Both the position numbers and the translations under genes were made by a program. Positions 9,762 to 20,586 of a stretch of 36,345 nt of DNA are shown in pieces. Location: UHGV virus genome UHGV-0073579. One strand, 5' to 3'. Position 1 is the first letter of the stretch. Each line of letters opens with the position of its first letter. This DNA is from a virus. A model generated the notes under the pieces. It had not been told where the DNA came from and ran no database searches. It saw only the letters and a list, made by a program, of their open reading frames with translations.

Positions 9762-11179
9762 TACTCAATCCTTATCTGGCAACCAGACAGAGTGACAGGT
9801 GACTTCGTGATAACGCGCAATTTGAAGCCGACATTTTTCCTGATGCGCCCTACTCGCTTCCACAAAACACGTTTGTCGTAAACGAACGGTTCATTCTGCT
9901 CAATCATCTGCTCACGCCCGTAATTGATGCCGTCAGTGGTTGCAGAGAGAAAAAGGCGGTCAGCATACTGAGCGACACCAGTCGATGATTCAACTTCCAG
10001 ATCAAAACATCTGGCGTTCTCAGCTTTGAAGAGTGGTGTAAACAACAGGTGTTCTTGCTGTAGCCCATACTGGCTGCTGATATCGAACTGCAATTTGCCG
10101 ATAACCGATTCCAGCTTATCGCCGCACGTTATCTGATTGCCTTCGTAAATGAAGTCGATAGCGCGGTACACATCGTCATACAGGCCTGTTTTCAGCACAC
10201 ACCATTGCGGACCATTGGCGCTTGAAGATGCGTCGTACACGAGGACGTGACGCGGAAGGTGGATAATCAGCAACTCATGAGCATCAAATCGCAGAGACTC
10301 CATCACGCCATCAGCCAGTTCATCAGCAGTGTAGGAGCGGAGGATTTTCTCAATGCTCGCGCTGGCGATTGGTGACACCTGACCGGAGCCGATGATGTAT
10401 ACAGACGGCGCACCTGTTGCCGGATTGCTGATGAACGCATAAGAATCAGCGAATGGCGTTTTGCAGTAAGTCCCAGCAATACCTTTCTGTACCATCAGCG
10501 ATGGCTGCGCGACATACAAAGCAGCACCAACTGTAGTTGCGCCTGTCAGGGAGAAATATTCAATCGTCGATGAACCAAAGCAGACGATAAAGTCTCGCCA
10601 TGTACCTATGCCGATGATGCCGTCAGGCTGAGACTCAGCACGATATTGTGCGCTGTAACGGTCAGGATGCGATTCGTCTTCAAGGTCAGTGATAAACCAT
10701 GAATCAGTGCCGTCTTTTGACCACGCATAACGCCCACGCAAGCGCGTAATGTCGCGGACTGAGCCTAACTCATACTGCGTGAATCCACTGTCTGTAGGCC
10801 AGTTTGAGACGGTTTTAACCGTGCCATCATAGCGATACTCGACCAGTTGACCATTAACGCCTACAGCCTGAGATGTTCGACCATGCGCCATTGATACGCG
10901 ACCACTTCCGGCGACGTCACCTACTTCGCTTTCGCCTTTGTAGAGCTTGCCGCCACACACACGATAAACAGCATTCTGCGCCATGTTGTACTCGACGCCG
11001 CGCGATACGCCGTTCACATCAGAACGTTTGGCAATGCCCGGGAATGAGCGAAGATATCCGCTACTGTTGAGGATTTCTTTGGGGGTAGCCAACATATTCA
11101 CTGGCAGATAGTCGATATAGTCGGCGTTTCGAAAGTCTTTGCCGACACCTTTCATAAGCGGAAGTTGCTGAATCGGCAT
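9761..11179 (-). CDS. Tail accessory / portal-closure protein, P22 gp10-like
   Basis: 472 aa; [48 protein letters not shown]... is near-identical to recalled P22 gp10. Confidence 0.9.
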   Translation of the reverse strand: MPIQQLPLMKGVGKDFRNADYIDYLPVNMLATPKEILNSSGYLRSFPGIAKRSDVNGVSRGVEYNMAQNAVYRVCGGKLYKGESEVGDVAGSGRVSMAHGRTSQAVGVNGQLVEYRYDGTVKTVSNWPTDSGFTQYELGSVRDITRLRGRYAWSKDGTDSWFITDLEDESHPDRYSAQYRAESQPDGIIGIGTWRDFIVCFGSSTIEYFSLTGATTVGAALYVAQPSLMVQKGIAGTYCKTPFADSYAFISNPATGAPSVYIIGSGQVSPIASASIEKILRSYTADELADGVMESLRFDAHELLIIHLPRHVLVYDASSSANGPQWCVLKTGLYDDVYRAIDFIYEGNQITCGDKLESVIGKLQFDISSQYGLQQEHLLFTPLFKAENARCFDLEVESSTGVAQYADRLFLSATTDGINYGREQMIEQNEPFVYDKRVLWKRVGRIRKNVGFKLRVITKSPVTLSGCQIRIE

Positions 11180-11188
11180 TTATTCACC

Positions 11189-11650
11189 TCACGTACTCGG
11201 ATCATCTTTCTCGATGTAAAACCGATTCCACGTAAACGCGCTTTTGTTACCACTACCGCGAGGCATGTCATTTCGCCGCTCAAGTGGTGGTATTTTGGTT
11301 AAAGCGATGCAGATTGTCTGATATGCACTGTCAGCAGCGGTAAGGAGAGCGTCTGACGGCTGAATGACGTTATCCATGCACACTTGCACAGCGAGTTTCA
11401 AAGCGACGCCATCATTTGCCCATGCAGGGATACCTGAATCATCGTCAGGTAACGGCATGATGCCGTTTTCTGTATCAGCAAACTGATACCCAAGCTCGAT
11501 ACCTTTAGCCTGCCATGCTGCCATCATGTCTTCGAGGTCATTAATGGCATCTTCAATTGCCTGAGGTTCAGCATCTGTCAACGTGGCATTGGAATACAGC
11601 CCAGCTTTTCGTAAAGCCTTTAGAACGAGATCACCCTTCGTTTTCGCCAT
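11189..11650 (-). CDS. Head-tail adaptor, P22 gp4-like
   Basis: 153 aa; KTKGDLVLKALRKAG...ATLTDAEPQAIEDAINDLEDMMAAW resembles gp4. Confidence 0.8.
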   Translation of the reverse strand: MAKTKGDLVLKALRKAGLYSNATLTDAEPQAIEDAINDLEDMMAAWQAKGIELGYQFADTENGIMPLPDDDSGIPAWANDGVALKLAVQVCMDNVIQPSDALLTAADSAYQTICIALTKIPPLERRNDMPRGSGNKSAFTWNRFYIEKDDPST

Positions 11651-11819
11651 CTTCTTCCGCCTTAGCCACTTTTTGCTTCGTTGCGGTTTCTTCAGGAGTT
11701 TTTACCCAGCCTTTTTTCAGGTGAGATTTAACTTCTTCGTCATCAACAATGATGTAATCGACAGCAAACTGACCACAGGTGATCATGTTGCCCGGCTTAT
11801 AGAGCATTGTTCGTGCCAT
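11631..11819 (-). CDS. Small hypothetical protein downstream of coat gene
   Basis: ATG at 11819 with GGGAGAAG RBS, placed just after the coat terminator; 62 aa; the longer track ORF reads through the terminator hairpin. Confidence 0.4.
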   Translation of the reverse strand: MARTMLYKPGNMITCGQFAVDYIIVDDEEVKSHLKKGWVKTPEETATKQKVAKAEEDGENEG

Positions 11820-11828
11820 TGTCTTCTC

Positions 11829-11855
11829 CCAATAAAAATGGGGCCGAAGCCCCAC
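11829..11855 (-). terminator. Rho-independent terminator after coat gene
   Basis: ggggc-cgaa-gcccc hairpin followed by a T-run on the minus strand. Confidence 0.55.
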
Positions 11856-11860
11856 CTAAA

Positions 11861-13114
11861 TTACTGCCCGGCAATAACGATGCCCGTATATTCAGGAACC
11901 AGTACAGAGCAACCGTACAGAGTGGTGAAACGCGCAGTGGTTACGCCTTTGATGTGGTCGAAGGAGTAAGACATGATCAGCGTAGCGCCCTGCTCGGTGG
12001 TTGCCGTCATTACCTGTGGACCCTGACCAGTCGGGAACGCCAGTTTGCCGTACATCAGCTCAACAGAACCATCAGCCCAGAACAGGTTAGCAGGTGCTGC
12101 GTTCTTGTTGAGAATGGTGATTGCTGCTGATTCTGCCGGTTTGGCATCGACGTTTGCATATGGACGACTCGCAACATCGGTATTTTCAACAGGGAGAATC
12201 TTTGGAGAGATTGTTACGGTAGTTCCGCTAACAGCCAGAACACGGAATACCTGCGGTTGCCCGGTGGTATCTTTTGTGATCTGGTGTACGGAATTCACAC
12301 CGGCAATGGTGAACGCATCACCAACCTGCAAGCCAGATGCAGATACCGTAATAGTCCCCTGTCGGTTATCAACTGGCATACCATTTGAATCTTTCGCTTC
12401 AACCTTGTGTTCAGGTTGGCCTGATACTGTCAAGGATTCAGCGCTTCCTTTCGGTAATCGACCAGAAATATCGGTCTTGTAGCTATCAAAGGAAGCAACC
12501 GGAGGGATCTGCGCTTTTTCGTATGCTGTCAGGGTTGCGCCCTGAGCATAGGCACGGTGACCAAGCTCGCCAGCAAGGTCTTTGTAGTTGAAGGGGTTCC
12601 AGAAAGAGCGACGATTGATACCCTGCGGTACACCAATCGCCGTCATGGTGGCATCAATACCTGCCGCACAGTTCCACAAATCACGGCCCTGTGTGCCTGT
12701 GGTTGAGTCAGCCATCGTGATCACGTTAGTAGCACGCTGCGTGACCATGGAAATCAGGTCCGAGTCAATCTGTGCAGCAAGGCGCATACCTGCGGCGCGA
12801 CCAGCTTCAGTTTTATGTTCCGGGTCACGCATTTCACGCGCATCCAGAGTGTACAGAATGTTTTTCGGCTCCTTGAACACAGAAGGAACAAGGCGCTGAA
12901 CCAGTGCTGTTGGCGTTTTGCCGCTGAGGTCTAGGCCCTCCTCAATGTTCATGTGGTAATGCTGCGGACGATACAGAACATCACCTGCTCGCTGCATTGC
13001 TGTATCACCGGGACGGAATTTTTTAGCGTTACGGGAAACTACGCAGGCGGCCTCAAAGCCTTCAACGTAGTTTTCGAACATGATTTCAAGGTCTTTTGCT
13101 AATTGGTTAGCCAT
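11861..13114 (-). CDS. Major coat protein, P22 gp5-like
   Basis: 417 aa; position after the scaffold gene; segments such as ANLFWADGS resemble P22 coat. Confidence 0.85.
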   Translation of the reverse strand: MANQLAKDLEIMFENYVEGFEAACVVSRNAKKFRPGDTAMQRAGDVLYRPQHYHMNIEEGLDLSGKTPTALVQRLVPSVFKEPKNILYTLDAREMRDPEHKTEAGRAAGMRLAAQIDSDLISMVTQRATNVITMADSTTGTQGRDLWNCAAGIDATMTAIGVPQGINRRSFWNPFNYKDLAGELGHRAYAQGATLTAYEKAQIPPVASFDSYKTDISGRLPKGSAESLTVSGQPEHKVEAKDSNGMPVDNRQGTITVSASGLQVGDAFTIAGVNSVHQITKDTTGQPQVFRVLAVSGTTVTISPKILPVENTDVASRPYANVDAKPAESAAITILNKNAAPANLFWADGSVELMYGKLAFPTGQGPQVMTATTEQGATLIMSYSFDHIKGVTTARFTTLYGCSVLVPEYTGIVIAGQ

Positions 13115-13132
13115 GCTTAATGCTCCGATAGG

Positions 13133-14026
13133 TTATTTTTTTGCCTTTTTAGCGGCGAAATACGGCGTCCAGTCACCAGTTTCCAGCGCCTTGGCTTTCA
13201 GTTTGTCGAGGTTATTGATTACTGCGCCGTTGCTCCCCTTAACTGTCGGGGTTGTGGCTGCCGTGGTTTTTGCTTTTGGCATGATTCTGGCCTTCGATTC
13301 GATACGTTCCAGCAGACGACCAATTGCTACGGGGTTGGTAGCTTCTGCCAGTTGCTTGCGCAGTTCAGCGTTGCGACCAAGCGCCAGAACAACGATTTCC
13401 GGCTTCTCTGACTCAAGAAGGATCATGTCCTGAATATGAACAGGAACATCTTCGCGTACAGCCTGCTCTGCATCCTGGTAGCCAGCCACTTTCAGTGCTT
13501 TTACTCTCTGCATGTAATTGGCTGCTTTCTGCTGAAGCGTTGCGGTACGCGCCTCTTCCTCTCGTTTCCGCTCTCGTACTTGCTCCTGATATTTGCCGTT
13601 ATCCTCTGCCCACTTAGCCATGCGTTGCTGATAGATTTCTTCATCGAAACCGATGTCCTCATCATCCAGTTTTGGCATTCGCGGTGGTTGAGTGATTACC
13701 GGCTGCTGCTCGACGGGTTTCTGAGACTGACGCATCAGCTCTTTCAGCTCGCGGTCTTTCTCTTTAATCGTCTTGCGCAGGTGTTTTACCAGTCCATGCT
13801 CTGCGCCATCTTCGCTGGTTGGCGAATCCAGCTTTTCGTCACCAAAGTAGAATTCCTGTTCTGATTCGTCGTCATCAGTTTCAGTAGCTTCCTCTACATC
13901 ATTGCCGGATGACTCACTGCCATCTTCTGTTTCGACTTCTTCAGCCAGTTCGACATCATCAGGAATCTGCTCTGATGTATCGGTTTCGATTTCAACTTCT
14001 GGTGTGTTTTCTGCCATCTGGTCCAT
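13133..14026 (-). CDS. Scaffolding protein
   Basis: 297 aa, very acidic N-terminus, predicted coiled coil, basic C-terminal tail; sits between portal and coat genes. Confidence 0.65.
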   Translation of the reverse strand: MDQMAENTPEVEIETDTSEQIPDDVELAEEVETEDGSESSGNDVEEATETDDDESEQEFYFGDEKLDSPTSEDGAEHGLVKHLRKTIKEKDRELKELMRQSQKPVEQQPVITQPPRMPKLDDEDIGFDEEIYQQRMAKWAEDNGKYQEQVRERKREEEARTATLQQKAANYMQRVKALKVAGYQDAEQAVREDVPVHIQDMILLESEKPEIVVLALGRNAELRKQLAEATNPVAIGRLLERIESKARIMPKAKTTAATTPTVKGSNGAVINNLDKLKAKALETGDWTPYFAAKKAKK

Positions 14027-14116
14027 TTGTTACCCCTGTTTACTCGATGTTCAGCCCATCGGAAGGCAATAGGGTGCCAGGCCTCATAAAGACAGCCATT
14101 GCACGTTATGGGTTAA

Positions 14117-16315
14117 TTACTGCTGTGGTTGTTGCTGAGTTGATTTTTGCAGGATGCTGCTGATGTCCATGCGCTGCGCATGGCCCTGCGCCTGACTTTT
14201 CAGGACAAGCTCTGCATCAGCACGGGCATTATCTCCTTGCTGTTGCTGGAACTGTCCGAGCAGTTTCAGCGCCTCACGGATATCAGATTTTTGCTGGCTA
14301 TCGGCAGATGCGAGGATTTTCACAACATTTGCCGCAGCAACCTGAGCATCCGTCTGTGCCTGGAATGCTTTAACCTGAATGGCTGCTTGTTCGTTCTGCG
14401 CTTTCTGCAATTCAGCCTGACCAGCAAGAAGCTGACCTTGCGCTGCAATCATAGCCGGATCCGGCTGACTGGCCTGTTGTTGTTTCGCCTGCTCAACCAT
14501 CTGCTGTTCTTCTGGCGTTCTCGGCTTGATAACTCCAGACAGAATCAACTGATTGCGGTTGTATTCTTTCAGGTCGTCCATCCCTTCGCCGTCCATATTG
14601 TCGAGAATAAGAGACGACACAAGGTCGTGTTTCGGCGTTCCGGGCGGGATAAGTGCCAGCATGGAAAGTAACGACTTAACCGTTGCATCACGGCGAGTAG
14701 CGAACGACTGACCGACATCGACAGTCACTTCATAGTTACCCTGCGAAAGGTCATTAAGCGCGATAACCTGCCCTGTCTGACGGTCAACCACTTCACCAGT
14801 CATCAGCGCCACGTCATCGCTGCCGTCCTCATTAACGATACGCATCGGCGTATCACTGCCATAGACCTCACGCGCCATAGAAAGCCACACAACGCCAGCG
14901 CGGCGCATGGATTTAGCCATGTTGTCCATGTAGATATAGGACTGCGTGTCCATCCGGTTAAAGATGCTATCAACGGTATCGGTGGCGACGTTGCTCGGCA
15001 TGTTCTCAAACTGCGACGCACCTGTAATTTGCTGAATAGCCGTTCCGGTGTACTGCAATAGCCCGGCAAGAGCTGGCGGCATTTGTGTCGGAGGTGTATA
15101 ACTGCTGACCTGAGCATGCGCAGTAATATCTCCGTTTTTGTTTTTCAGACTGACCATCGGCAGGAACGCCGGGCGCTTTTTGTTGCGCTCCGCCCAATGA
15201 GTGGCAAGAGGACCAGGAATCATGTCAACATCAACTACAGGAATGCCATCGCCGCCAGCCTGAGTAGCGTTATCTGCAATCATGGAAACCATCAGGTTCT
15301 CAAGACGCTGTGCATCCATCGCTTTTGCTGCGTGGCCTTCGATTCGCTCCTGATTATCAACAAATGAACGACGCCCATATACCGGGATGAGAGGAATATG
15401 TTCGCCCGGAATACGCTTCGGTTCTTCCAGCCATTCAGCGCCAGACAGAAGACCGCAATAAACTCGGCGTTTCTTCACTGTCCGCTCACCAATCAGTTCG
15501 AATGCGCCATCGGTCAGCTCGTCGACAATATCTTTGATTTGATCTTCATCATAGATTGCCGTTTCTCCGCTAACAGGGTTACGCCATGCTGTGAGCTTCA
15601 CCTTCTCTACGCGAACTTCGTAGTAGCGTCCAACATAGATGGCATCAGGCGTTGACCAGTCATACTGAGTACCAGTGTTATCACGAGAAAGGCTTGCCGC
15701 GATGGAATCAGGGTATTCAGCCTCGAACGCTTTAGGCGTCATGGAAAACATTTCCATAGCCCACATAGCATCAGATCGGTCATATTGCTTGCTGTCCTGA
15801 TCGAAGAAGACGCATGTCGCTGGGTCGTAAACAGGAAGAAGACTGATGCGTCGCTGATCGTTACTCGGATCCATTTCATCTTCGTAATCGGCACACATGC
15901 GGAAACAACCGAATCCGCCCGTTACAGCATCATCAAATGCGTTATCACACGCTTCGCCACCGGATGTTTCCTGATAGTCAGCGCGGAATTTGCCGTTCAT
16001 CTTTTCGGCTAACGCTTCCGATGCCTTATCGTCCTTCGGCCTGAATTTAACGCTGATGCGATTCTGTCGATACTCGCCAATGATGCGATCACATTCACGG
16101 GCAATCTTATTTAGTTCAAAGCGCGGGTAATGCTCAAACCTGCCTTCATCAAATGAGTAACCAGCGTTTGTGCTGCCTTCCCACTGTGCGCCGGACACCC
16201 GGACGAAACGTTGAGCCTCAATAATCTGCTCACGCATATCCTGCGTTGCTGACCAGGCATTATCAAAGTTGCACAGCACCTTGCGATGCCAGTCAGTCAT
16301 CTTTTTTTCTGCCAT
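14117..16315 (-). CDS. Portal protein, P22 gp1-like
   Basis: 732 aa; GEHIPLIPVYG motif and long Gln/Ala-rich C-terminal helix (TPEEQQMVEQAKQQQ...AQGQLLAGQAELQKAQN) as in P22 portal. Confidence 0.9.
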   Translation of the reverse strand: MAEKKMTDWHRKVLCNFDNAWSATQDMREQIIEAQRFVRVSGAQWEGSTNAGYSFDEGRFEHYPRFELNKIARECDRIIGEYRQNRISVKFRPKDDKASEALAEKMNGKFRADYQETSGGEACDNAFDDAVTGGFGCFRMCADYEDEMDPSNDQRRISLLPVYDPATCVFFDQDSKQYDRSDAMWAMEMFSMTPKAFEAEYPDSIAASLSRDNTGTQYDWSTPDAIYVGRYYEVRVEKVKLTAWRNPVSGETAIYDEDQIKDIVDELTDGAFELIGERTVKKRRVYCGLLSGAEWLEEPKRIPGEHIPLIPVYGRRSFVDNQERIEGHAAKAMDAQRLENLMVSMIADNATQAGGDGIPVVDVDMIPGPLATHWAERNKKRPAFLPMVSLKNKNGDITAHAQVSSYTPPTQMPPALAGLLQYTGTAIQQITGASQFENMPSNVATDTVDSIFNRMDTQSYIYMDNMAKSMRRAGVVWLSMAREVYGSDTPMRIVNEDGSDDVALMTGEVVDRQTGQVIALNDLSQGNYEVTVDVGQSFATRRDATVKSLLSMLALIPPGTPKHDLVSSLILDNMDGEGMDDLKEYNRNQLILSGVIKPRTPEEQQMVEQAKQQQASQPDPAMIAAQGQLLAGQAELQKAQNEQAAIQVKAFQAQTDAQVAAANVVKILASADSQQKSDIREALKLLGQFQQQQGDNARADAELVLKSQAQGHAQRMDISSILQKSTQQQPQQ

Positions 16316-16316
16316 A

Positions 16317-17732
16317 TCAACCTACACCACAAGGAATTGAGTAACTGGAATAGTCGGGTTGCGCAGCCGACTCCGGGCAATGCATACACATCATCATCGC
16401 ATCAGCCAGGTTAGGAGATGGAATACCGAGCTTCTGCTTCATTTCGACCTTAGTCATTAGCTCCAGCTTCCCGTTGTTATTGAATTTGCGCTGAATCTGC
16501 GTCAGTTCTGCAAACAGCTTCTCCAGCATCTTCTCGCCTATCGCTTCTTTGTCGAAGCTCAGCATGTCGTCGGGGTCTGCATACTCACCGTGGACAACCG
16601 CCCGATATGTCAGATACAGCCTGTCAGCCAGTGCGTAATAGAATTGCGCTCGCTTATTGCGGAATACATCGCCAATAGTGCGAACGTTGTCGCCCTGTAC
16701 GACTTCATCAGCCCATGCTCCAGCCTGATATGGTGCATCTTCATCAAATGGCGATTCGCTGCCCTTGAACATCGTGGCGGTGATTTTCTTACCGGAGAAC
16801 GCTTCCGTTGTCTGTCTGCGTAGCCCTGCACCGACACCATCACCATCCCACAAGTAGTGGTCAGCACCGTCTTCAATCGCCAGCGAAGTAGCCCAGTCAG
16901 CCCCCTCGTTGATGTCCATCAGCAGACCTTCGGCAATGCGCTTAACTACCGAACCGTGACGCGATGCATAACCTTTAGCATCCGGCCCTGTATCTGACGG
17001 GTCATGAGCAGAAACAACAGCGCCTTTCGCTTTCCATCCTAGTTTCTTGTGCGCATCGGTTGCGGCTTCAAGCCATTCACGTTTGATGATTGCCATATCA
17101 CTTGCGCTTACTGGCTCACCAAGCCAGATGTGACGATACAGTGTCGGATTTCTGCGTTTACACTCTTCCATCTCCAGACGGAGAACTTCAGGAAAGTGCG
17201 GGTTGTCGGTGTAGTTCACCGTCAGCAGACAAATATCATCGGGAGGATTTACGACGAATCGCTGATAGGTATCGTCGAGGATGTTTTTCGGGTTAAAGCT
17301 CACCCATATTTCGGAAAACGGCTTGCGGATGGTTGGTATCAGGATATCCCACGATTCCTTCGTTACCGCTTCCGCTTCTTCCACCCAGCAGATATCAATG
17401 CCTTCGAGCGATTTAATCTTCGTCGGGTTGTTTTTGATGCCGTAGAACATGAATTCAGCATTCGTTCCGAGATGACGAATCATTGAACGCTGAATTTCAA
17501 ACTCAGCCGAATACCCTTCCCGCTCTATGGTGTCTTCAAGCAGTCGGATTACCGAATCGCTGATACTGTTTTGCAGTTCACGAGCGCAAAGAATACGCAC
17601 AGGCTGCCGACGTGCCGCCTCAACAAGCAGCCTCGCAATTGCCCATGATTTACCGCTACCTCGACCGCCTTTGGCGACTTTGTAGCGATGCGCCTCAATG
17701 AACGGTTCAAAGATAGGATTAATCGAGGTCAT
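16317..17732 (-). CDS. Terminase large subunit
   Basis: 471 aa; Walker A KGGRGSGKSWA near the N-terminus; downstream of TerS. Confidence 0.9.
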   Translation of the reverse strand: MTSINPIFEPFIEAHRYKVAKGGRGSGKSWAIARLLVEAARRQPVRILCARELQNSISDSVIRLLEDTIEREGYSAEFEIQRSMIRHLGTNAEFMFYGIKNNPTKIKSLEGIDICWVEEAEAVTKESWDILIPTIRKPFSEIWVSFNPKNILDDTYQRFVVNPPDDICLLTVNYTDNPHFPEVLRLEMEECKRRNPTLYRHIWLGEPVSASDMAIIKREWLEAATDAHKKLGWKAKGAVVSAHDPSDTGPDAKGYASRHGSVVKRIAEGLLMDINEGADWATSLAIEDGADHYLWDGDGVGAGLRRQTTEAFSGKKITATMFKGSESPFDEDAPYQAGAWADEVVQGDNVRTIGDVFRNKRAQFYYALADRLYLTYRAVVHGEYADPDDMLSFDKEAIGEKMLEKLFAELTQIQRKFNNNGKLELMTKVEMKQKLGIPSPNLADAMMMCMHCPESAAQPDYSSYSIPCGVG

Positions 17733-18151
17733 TTTCCGAATAGAGTACTCATCGGTGATGTTTCAATCTGGATTGCGCCGCCGTCCTTACCGACAAGCTC
17801 GTTAGTTACCTTGTCGCCATACTTACGGGGATTCATTCTGGCCAGCGCCCATTTGCGGGTATCAACGCGAAGTCTTGCCTTTGCCACCTCAGCAGCATCT
17901 GGAATCGCATTGTCAGCAATTTCGAATATCTCTTCGAAAATAGAATCAGCTCGTGCCTCAGTTGCCTTCGCGTACTTGTCGCGAAAATCCTCATGCTTTG
18001 CCAACCAGCGGAAAACAGTGGACTTATCCGGCATACCAGGACGCTTACATACTTTCAGCAAACTTTCGCCAGAAGAAAGCAACGAGCAGATATCGTCAGC
18101 CACCTCCGGCATATAATCAGAGGGGCGACCAGCTTTTGGTTCAGTCGCCAT
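17729..18151 (-). CDS. Terminase small subunit (Sf6 gp1-like)
   Basis: MATEPKAGRPSDYMPEVADDICSLL... recalled as Sf6-type TerS; start at third codon (18151) by RBS spacing. Confidence 0.8.
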   Translation of the reverse strand: MATEPKAGRPSDYMPEVADDICSLLSSGESLLKVCKRPGMPDKSTVFRWLAKHEDFRDKYAKATEARADSIFEEIFEIADNAIPDAAEVAKARLRVDTRKWALARMNPRKYGDKVTNELVGKDGGAIQIETSPMSTLFGK

Positions 18152-18355
18152 ATTCATCTCACTTAATTGTCATTTCAGGCTGAGGACTCTTTCGCGCTTT
18201 CAATCAATGACTGCTTTAGCAATTCGAGTGTGCCAATCGCCTCACATAAACTGATTTCACCATCGTAATCATGAATGACGCTTTCCAGCCGATCGTATAG
18301 CTCTTGAGTAATTGGGAATTTCTTCTCCTTACCCAAATTGATTACGCGGCTCACA

Positions 18356-18598
18356 TCATGCTCCGGTGGTGAACAGGTCTAACGCTTCCTTCGATTTACG
18401 CACCGCTTCAAATGTGCGGATCGTGATATCCGAATTAGCGCCGCCTGATTGGAAGTGAATTTTGAATAGCTCAAGCTTCAACTCGTCAGTACCAATGAAC
18501 TGAAATGCTTCTTCTGCGGCTGCGTTCTGGTTCATGACCAGTTTATAAATCTCTAACTGGAATTTCTGTTCTTCAGTCATGGGAATAATCTCTGCCAT
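18356..18598 (-). CDS. Hypothetical protein
   Basis: 80-aa ORF with GGAG RBS, between lysis and terminase genes. Confidence 0.45.
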   Translation of the reverse strand: MAEIIPMTEEQKFQLEIYKLVMNQNAAAEEAFQFIGTDELKLELFKIHFQSGGANSDITIRTFEAVRKSKEALDLFTTGA

Positions 18599-19045
18599 TG
18601 TTGGCTCCGTTTATCCGTTAAAAGGGATATCAGTTAAGATATCCCGTGTAGGGTATAAGCCATTGTCGAGACCACTCATTGAATGGCCTCTGCAATAACC
18701 GATGTCTTTCCATCAGTCCGCCACCACAAAGAATCTTTTTTGCCATAAGGCTGGAGGTTCATCTTTCAGTGGCTGCCAGTGTTATTTCCCCACTTTCTGG
18801 CTTGGGTTGTTTCGCTGTACTGCCGTAACTGGTTACCCAGAATAAATTTTGGTTTCATTATCAAGCCCATCCGTAGATAGGCTTTGTAATGAACTGGCTC
18901 TTATCTCAACGCAGCCCCTTACCGCGCGCCAGATGCTCAATATCAAGCATCAGCAATGAGATGTTTAATCTGGATTCACTCCAGAAGTGATCACCACCCT
19001 GTCTACAGAGCCAGATGTGAAGGATGATGAGTAAAATTATCGCTA

Positions 19046-19483
19046 TCATCGAAGGCATTGCGTCCTGATGTATTCCTGCAGGTAGTTAACCTGCGCGGTT
19101 ATCCTGTCGATTCCACTTCGGAGACGGTAATAATTGAGTTCAGCATCTGCTGTAAGTCTTGGGCTTTCTCCATCGCCCATGCTGCTGGCTCTGGTCGTTG
19201 ACTTTGCACAGGTGGCAGCGACTTGCAGGCGCTTACGCCCAGCAGAAACATCAGCACGGAGACTTTCGATAGTCGCGTTAGCATCAGCAAGTTCCTTTGT
19301 GTATCTGGCGTCAAGTTCTGCTACATCACGTTGACGCTTCTGCATGTCAGCGATAATGGATGCGGCCTTATCACGCTGCTCTTTGTAGGTAATGGCGTTA
19401 TCACGGTAATGATTAACAGCCCATGACAGACAGACGATGATGCAGATAACCAGAGCGGAGATAATCGCGGTTACTCTGCTCAT
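19046..19483 (-). CDS. Rz: Rz i-spanin
   Basis: 145 aa; [35 protein letters not shown]-terminal TM segment as in lambda Rz. Confidence 0.85.
   Translation of the reverse strand: MSRVTAIISALVICIIVCLSWAVNHYRDNAITYKEQRDKAASIIADMQKRQRDVAELDARYTKELADANATIESLRADVSAGRKRLQVAATCAKSTTRASSMGDGESPRLTADAELNYYRLRSGIDRITAQVNYLQEYIRTQCLR
19099..19284 (-). CDS. Rz1: Rz1 o-spanin lipoprotein (embedded in Rz, +1 frame)
   Basis: First ATG at 19284; signal peptide [20 protein letters not shown] with lipobox-like VSAC; Pro-rich mature part. Confidence 0.6.
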   Translation of the reverse strand: MLTRLSKVSVLMFLLGVSACKSLPPVQSQRPEPAAWAMEKAQDLQQMLNSIITVSEVESTG

Positions 19484-19956
19484 ACCTCAATCTCTCTGAC
19501 CGTTCCGCCTGCTTCTTTAAATTTTGCAATCAGGTTGTCAGCCTTATGCTCGAACTGACCGTAACCAGCCCCCGGCAGTGAAGCCCAGATATTGCTGCAA
19601 CGGTCTATTGCCTGACGGATATCACCGCGGTCAATCATCGGTAAAGCGCCACGCTCTTTAATCTGCTGCAATGCCACAGCGTCCTGGCTTTTCGGAGAGA
19701 AGTCTTTCAGGCCAAGCTGCTTACGGTAGGCATCCCACCAACGGGAAAGAAGCTGGTAACGTCCGGCTGCTGTTGATTTGAGTTTTGGGTTTAGCGTGAC
19801 AAGTTTGCGAGGGTGATCGGAGTAATCAGTGAATAGCTCTCCGCCAACAATGACGTCATAACCATGATTTCTGGTTTTCTGTCGTCCGTTATCAGTTCCC
19901 TCTGACCACGCCAGCATATCGAGGAACGCCTTACGTTGATTATTGATTTCCACCAT
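19480..19956 (-). CDS. R: Endolysin, lambda R-type lytic transglycosylase
   Basis: 158 aa; [39 protein letters not shown] essentially lambda R. Confidence 0.92.
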   Translation of the reverse strand: MVEINNQRKAFLDMLAWSEGTDNGRQKTRNHGYDVIVGGELFTDYSDHPRKLVTLNPKLKSTAAGRYQLLSRWWDAYRKQLGLKDFSPKSQDAVALQQIKERGALPMIDRGDIRQAIDRCSNIWASLPGAGYGQFEHKADNLIAKFKEAGGTVREIEV

Positions 19957-20263
19957 CTTCTACTCCGGCTTTTTTAGCAGCGAAGCGTTTGATAAGCGAA
20001 CCAATCGAGTCAGTGCCGATGTAGCCGATGAACACGCTCGTTATATAAGCGAGATTGCTACTTAGTCCGGCGAAGTCGAGAAGGTCACGAATGAACCAGG
20101 CGATAATGGCGCACATCGTTGCGTCGATTACTGTTTTTGTAAACGCACCGCCATTATATCTGCCGCGAAGGTACGCCATTGCAAACGCAAGGATTGCCCC
20201 GATGCCTTGTTCCTTTGCCGCGAGAATGGCGGCTAACAGGTCATGTTTTTCTGGCATCTTCAT
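19940..20263 (-). CDS. S: Holin, lambda S-type with dual-start motif
   Basis: 107 aa; [34 protein letters not shown] essentially lambda S; Met1-Lys2-Met3 dual start. Confidence 0.92.
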   Translation of the reverse strand: MKMPEKHDLLAAILAAKEQGIGAILAFAMAYLRGRYNGGAFTKTVIDATMCAIIAWFIRDLLDFAGLSSNLAYITSVFIGYIGTDSIGSLIKRFAAKKAGVEDGGNQ

Positions 20264-20387
20264 GTCTTACCCCCAATAAGGGGATTTGCTCTATTTAATT
20301 AGGAATAAGGTCGATTACTGATAGAACAAATCCAGGCTACTGTGTTTAGTAATCAGATTTGTTCGTGACCGATATGCACGGGCAAAA

Positions 20388-20417
20388 CGGCATGAGGTTG
20401 CGCTAACAACCTCATGC
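20388..20417 (-). terminator. 12-bp perfect-stem hairpin (candidate tR-prime-like terminator/attenuator)
   Basis: ggcatgaggttg-cgctaa-caacctcatgcc; followed on the minus strand by GTTTTG. Confidence 0.3.
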
Positions 20418-20505
20418 CACCCGCGTTCACGAAGGTCATGTGTAGAAGGCCGCAGCGTAACTATCACTGATGAATTCAGGATAGCCAGTGGCTACTGCTC
20501 AGTTA

Positions 20506-20581
20506 TGGTGCTGGTTAACGGACTTGAACCGCTACCCATTCGCTTACAAGGCGACTGCTCTACCATTGGAGCTAAACCAGC
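20506..20581 (-). tRNA. tRNA-Thr (anticodon UGU)
   Basis: Hand-folded 76-nt cloverleaf: acceptor GCTGGTT/AACCAGC, D-arm GCTC-CAATGGTA-GAGC, anticodon loop CTTGTAA, T-arm AGCGG-TTCAAGT-CCGTT, 3' ACCA; one G-A mismatch in anticodon stem. Confidence 0.6.
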
Positions 20582-20586
20582 ATGTT

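Noticed and set aside
11631-11855. Full-length 74-aa form of the ORF after the coat gene
   Set aside because: The first 12 codons read through the coat terminator hairpin; the internal ATG at 11819 with an RBS is the more plausible start.
4482-16012. Numerous 60-175-aa plus-strand ORFs (e.g. 4482-4784, 8740-9264, 12045-12482, 14147-14671)
   Set aside because: All are embedded antisense within well-supported minus-strand virion genes (gp16, gp14/gp26, coat, portal); typical of GC-rich shadow frames.
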